A stretch of 64,000 bases of DNA from the human T2T-CHM13v2.0 reference genome, Homo sapiens, in the NCBI RefSeq assembly GCF_009914755.1, contig NC_060933.1; one strand, given 5' to 3'. Below, piece after piece: positions 61,858-64,000 of the stretch. The position numbers were made by a program, and so were the translations under genes. Under the pieces are notes generated by a model. The model was given only the letters and a program-made list of their open reading frames with translations. It made no database searches and had not been told where the DNA came from. The stretch's first letter is position 1. Every line of letters starts with the position of its first letter.

Positions 61858-62186
61858 TTTTTTTTTTTTTTTTTTTTTTTAGAGGCAGGGTCCTGCTCTG
61901 TCACCCAGGCTGGAGTACAGTGGCGTGATCATAGTTCACTGCAGCCTCCAACTCCTGGGCTCAAGTGACCCTCCTGCCTCAGCATCCTGAGTAGCTAGGA
62001 CTATAGGTACACATCACCACACCTGGCTAATTTTTTTTAAATGTTTAAAACATTTTTTAAAGATCCCATGAGATGGGATCTCACTTTGTTGCCCAGGCTG
62101 ATCTGAAACTCGTGGCCTGAAGCCATCCTCCCACATTGGCCTCCCAAAGTTTTGGGATTACAGGCTTGAGCCACTGAGCCCTGGCC
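61858..62186 (-). mobile_element. Alu (J-like), ~50 nt downstream of PSAT1 exon 2
   Basis: poly-T head, dimer. Confidence 0.92.
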
Positions 62187-62998
62187 CAAAGGGAACTAAT
62201 TTAAATGCATCAAATATAGAATTACAGGGCCTATAGGGTCTTCCTATAGGCCTTTATAGATACATTTTTAAACTTTAATAGCTTGGGTTGCATGTCTGAT
62301 AGAAACCATTTTGAAAATAGCATAAATGCTGGTGAGAGGTTCTGACATCTCAGCTTACCCTGTCATAATTGGTTTTTGCTAATCATAGGATTTAGGATCA
62401 GAAGATACTGTATATTTGCATAACAATGCCTCCAAACATTTATAATATTGCTTTACATTCAATTTACAGTTTTTATTGTACTTAAATACAACCTCATTAA
62501 AGTTTAAAAGTACATAAGCCTTTTATGAAGACCTCGCACATTGATAATCTTATTAAGTTTCCCCTATATTTTTTGGGAAGAGGACCTCTGCATTCTAAAA
62601 CTTATTTTCTTTTGTTTTTGGCGGTTCTGAAGACTGCATGGTATTAAGAGACCATAGGGTTAACTATATTGCTTATTTCTGTTAAATTTTGCTCCTGTTG
62701 GTTTGGGACATATACTTAGATTTCTGTGAAGTGAGATCACAGCATGGAATTTTGTGCTCCAGACCTAAAGGGCAACTGTTGCACATGGATTCCTGTTTGT
62801 GAGAAAGAGATGGTAAGAAGAATCACAGAGAGCATCACGGAGTGATAAATTAATAAATAACTTGCTCAGTGAATGTACCACTTGAAAAATCCTTCTGCCA
62901 TGACTATAAAGCTAAAATGTTTGCAATTTGAAAATCAGTTTGTATGGTCCCCTAAACTAAGTGAGCCTTGGCCCACAATTTGAATGCAGAATAACTGA

Positions 62999-63172
<174 letters not shown>

Positions 63173-63594
63173 TAAGTTTTAAAAAGACCAAATCATGTTA
63201 CTTTTGTTAGATACTTCCTAAATCTGGATGTCTTCCAGTATTTTCTACACTCTATTGTTTGTTCAGAATATTTCATAATTTAAAATAATCCTTGTAAGAT
63301 TCTCTCCAATTCACTATTAGTACCTAATGCTTTTTATTTGTTCCCCATCCCGTGTTTATATGTTTTTGTTTTTATTTTATGTGATATTTCCAAAGATTTG
63401 AAATCATTGTATCTAGGAATGATTTTTCAGCACTGTGGCAGTTAAACTGGTGTGAAAGAGATGTAAATGACACAGAAATGGTCATCTTTGTCAGCATAAT
63501 TGACTATAAACTAGTTCAGGTGTTCTCGAAGTTTGAGTCTCATACGATCTGTCAGAGTCACCTGGTTAGGGGGAATATTAAAAAATTCAAGTGG

Positions 63595-63952
<358 letters not shown>

Positions 63953-64000
63953 TTATTTTTAACAGGCTCTTTGGGTAATTGTAAGAGTTCTGAACTGTAG

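Overview
Primate (almost certainly human) genomic DNA, Alu-rich, with two + strand spliced protein-coding genes. (1) CEP78 (centrosomal leucine-rich-repeat protein). Exon 1 is upstream of the window, and exon numbers assume the first exon seen is exon 2. Exons 2-17 can be joined by hand into one continuous reading frame from 1156 to 31992. They include a NAGNAG acceptor, a 48-nt frame-neutral exon and two alternative C-termini. (2) PSAT1 (phosphoserine aminotransferase): CpG-island promoter and exons 1-3 (58355-63171); the gene continues past the window end. The remainder is intronic or intergenic repeats: Alu, old L1/L2/MIR, MLT1/MST LTRs, DNA transposons, and a complete LTR12 solo LTR inserted into an Alu. 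The most interesting observation is that the CEP78 stop codon TGA at 27901 is followed by 82 more open in-frame codons and then an AATAAA. This looks like a truncated ancestral C-terminal tail or a readthrough substrate. Other notable items are an ~90-bp locally templated insertion inside an Alu, a near absence of CAG splice acceptors in CEP78, an antisense-pointing LTR12 with 8 CCAAT boxes, and a phased triple-CCAAT, ATF4 and ARE layout at PSAT1. No CRISPR array, RNA gene or prokaryote-type system is present. Repeat subfamily calls come from recalled consensus sequences and old-repeat boundaries are approximate.
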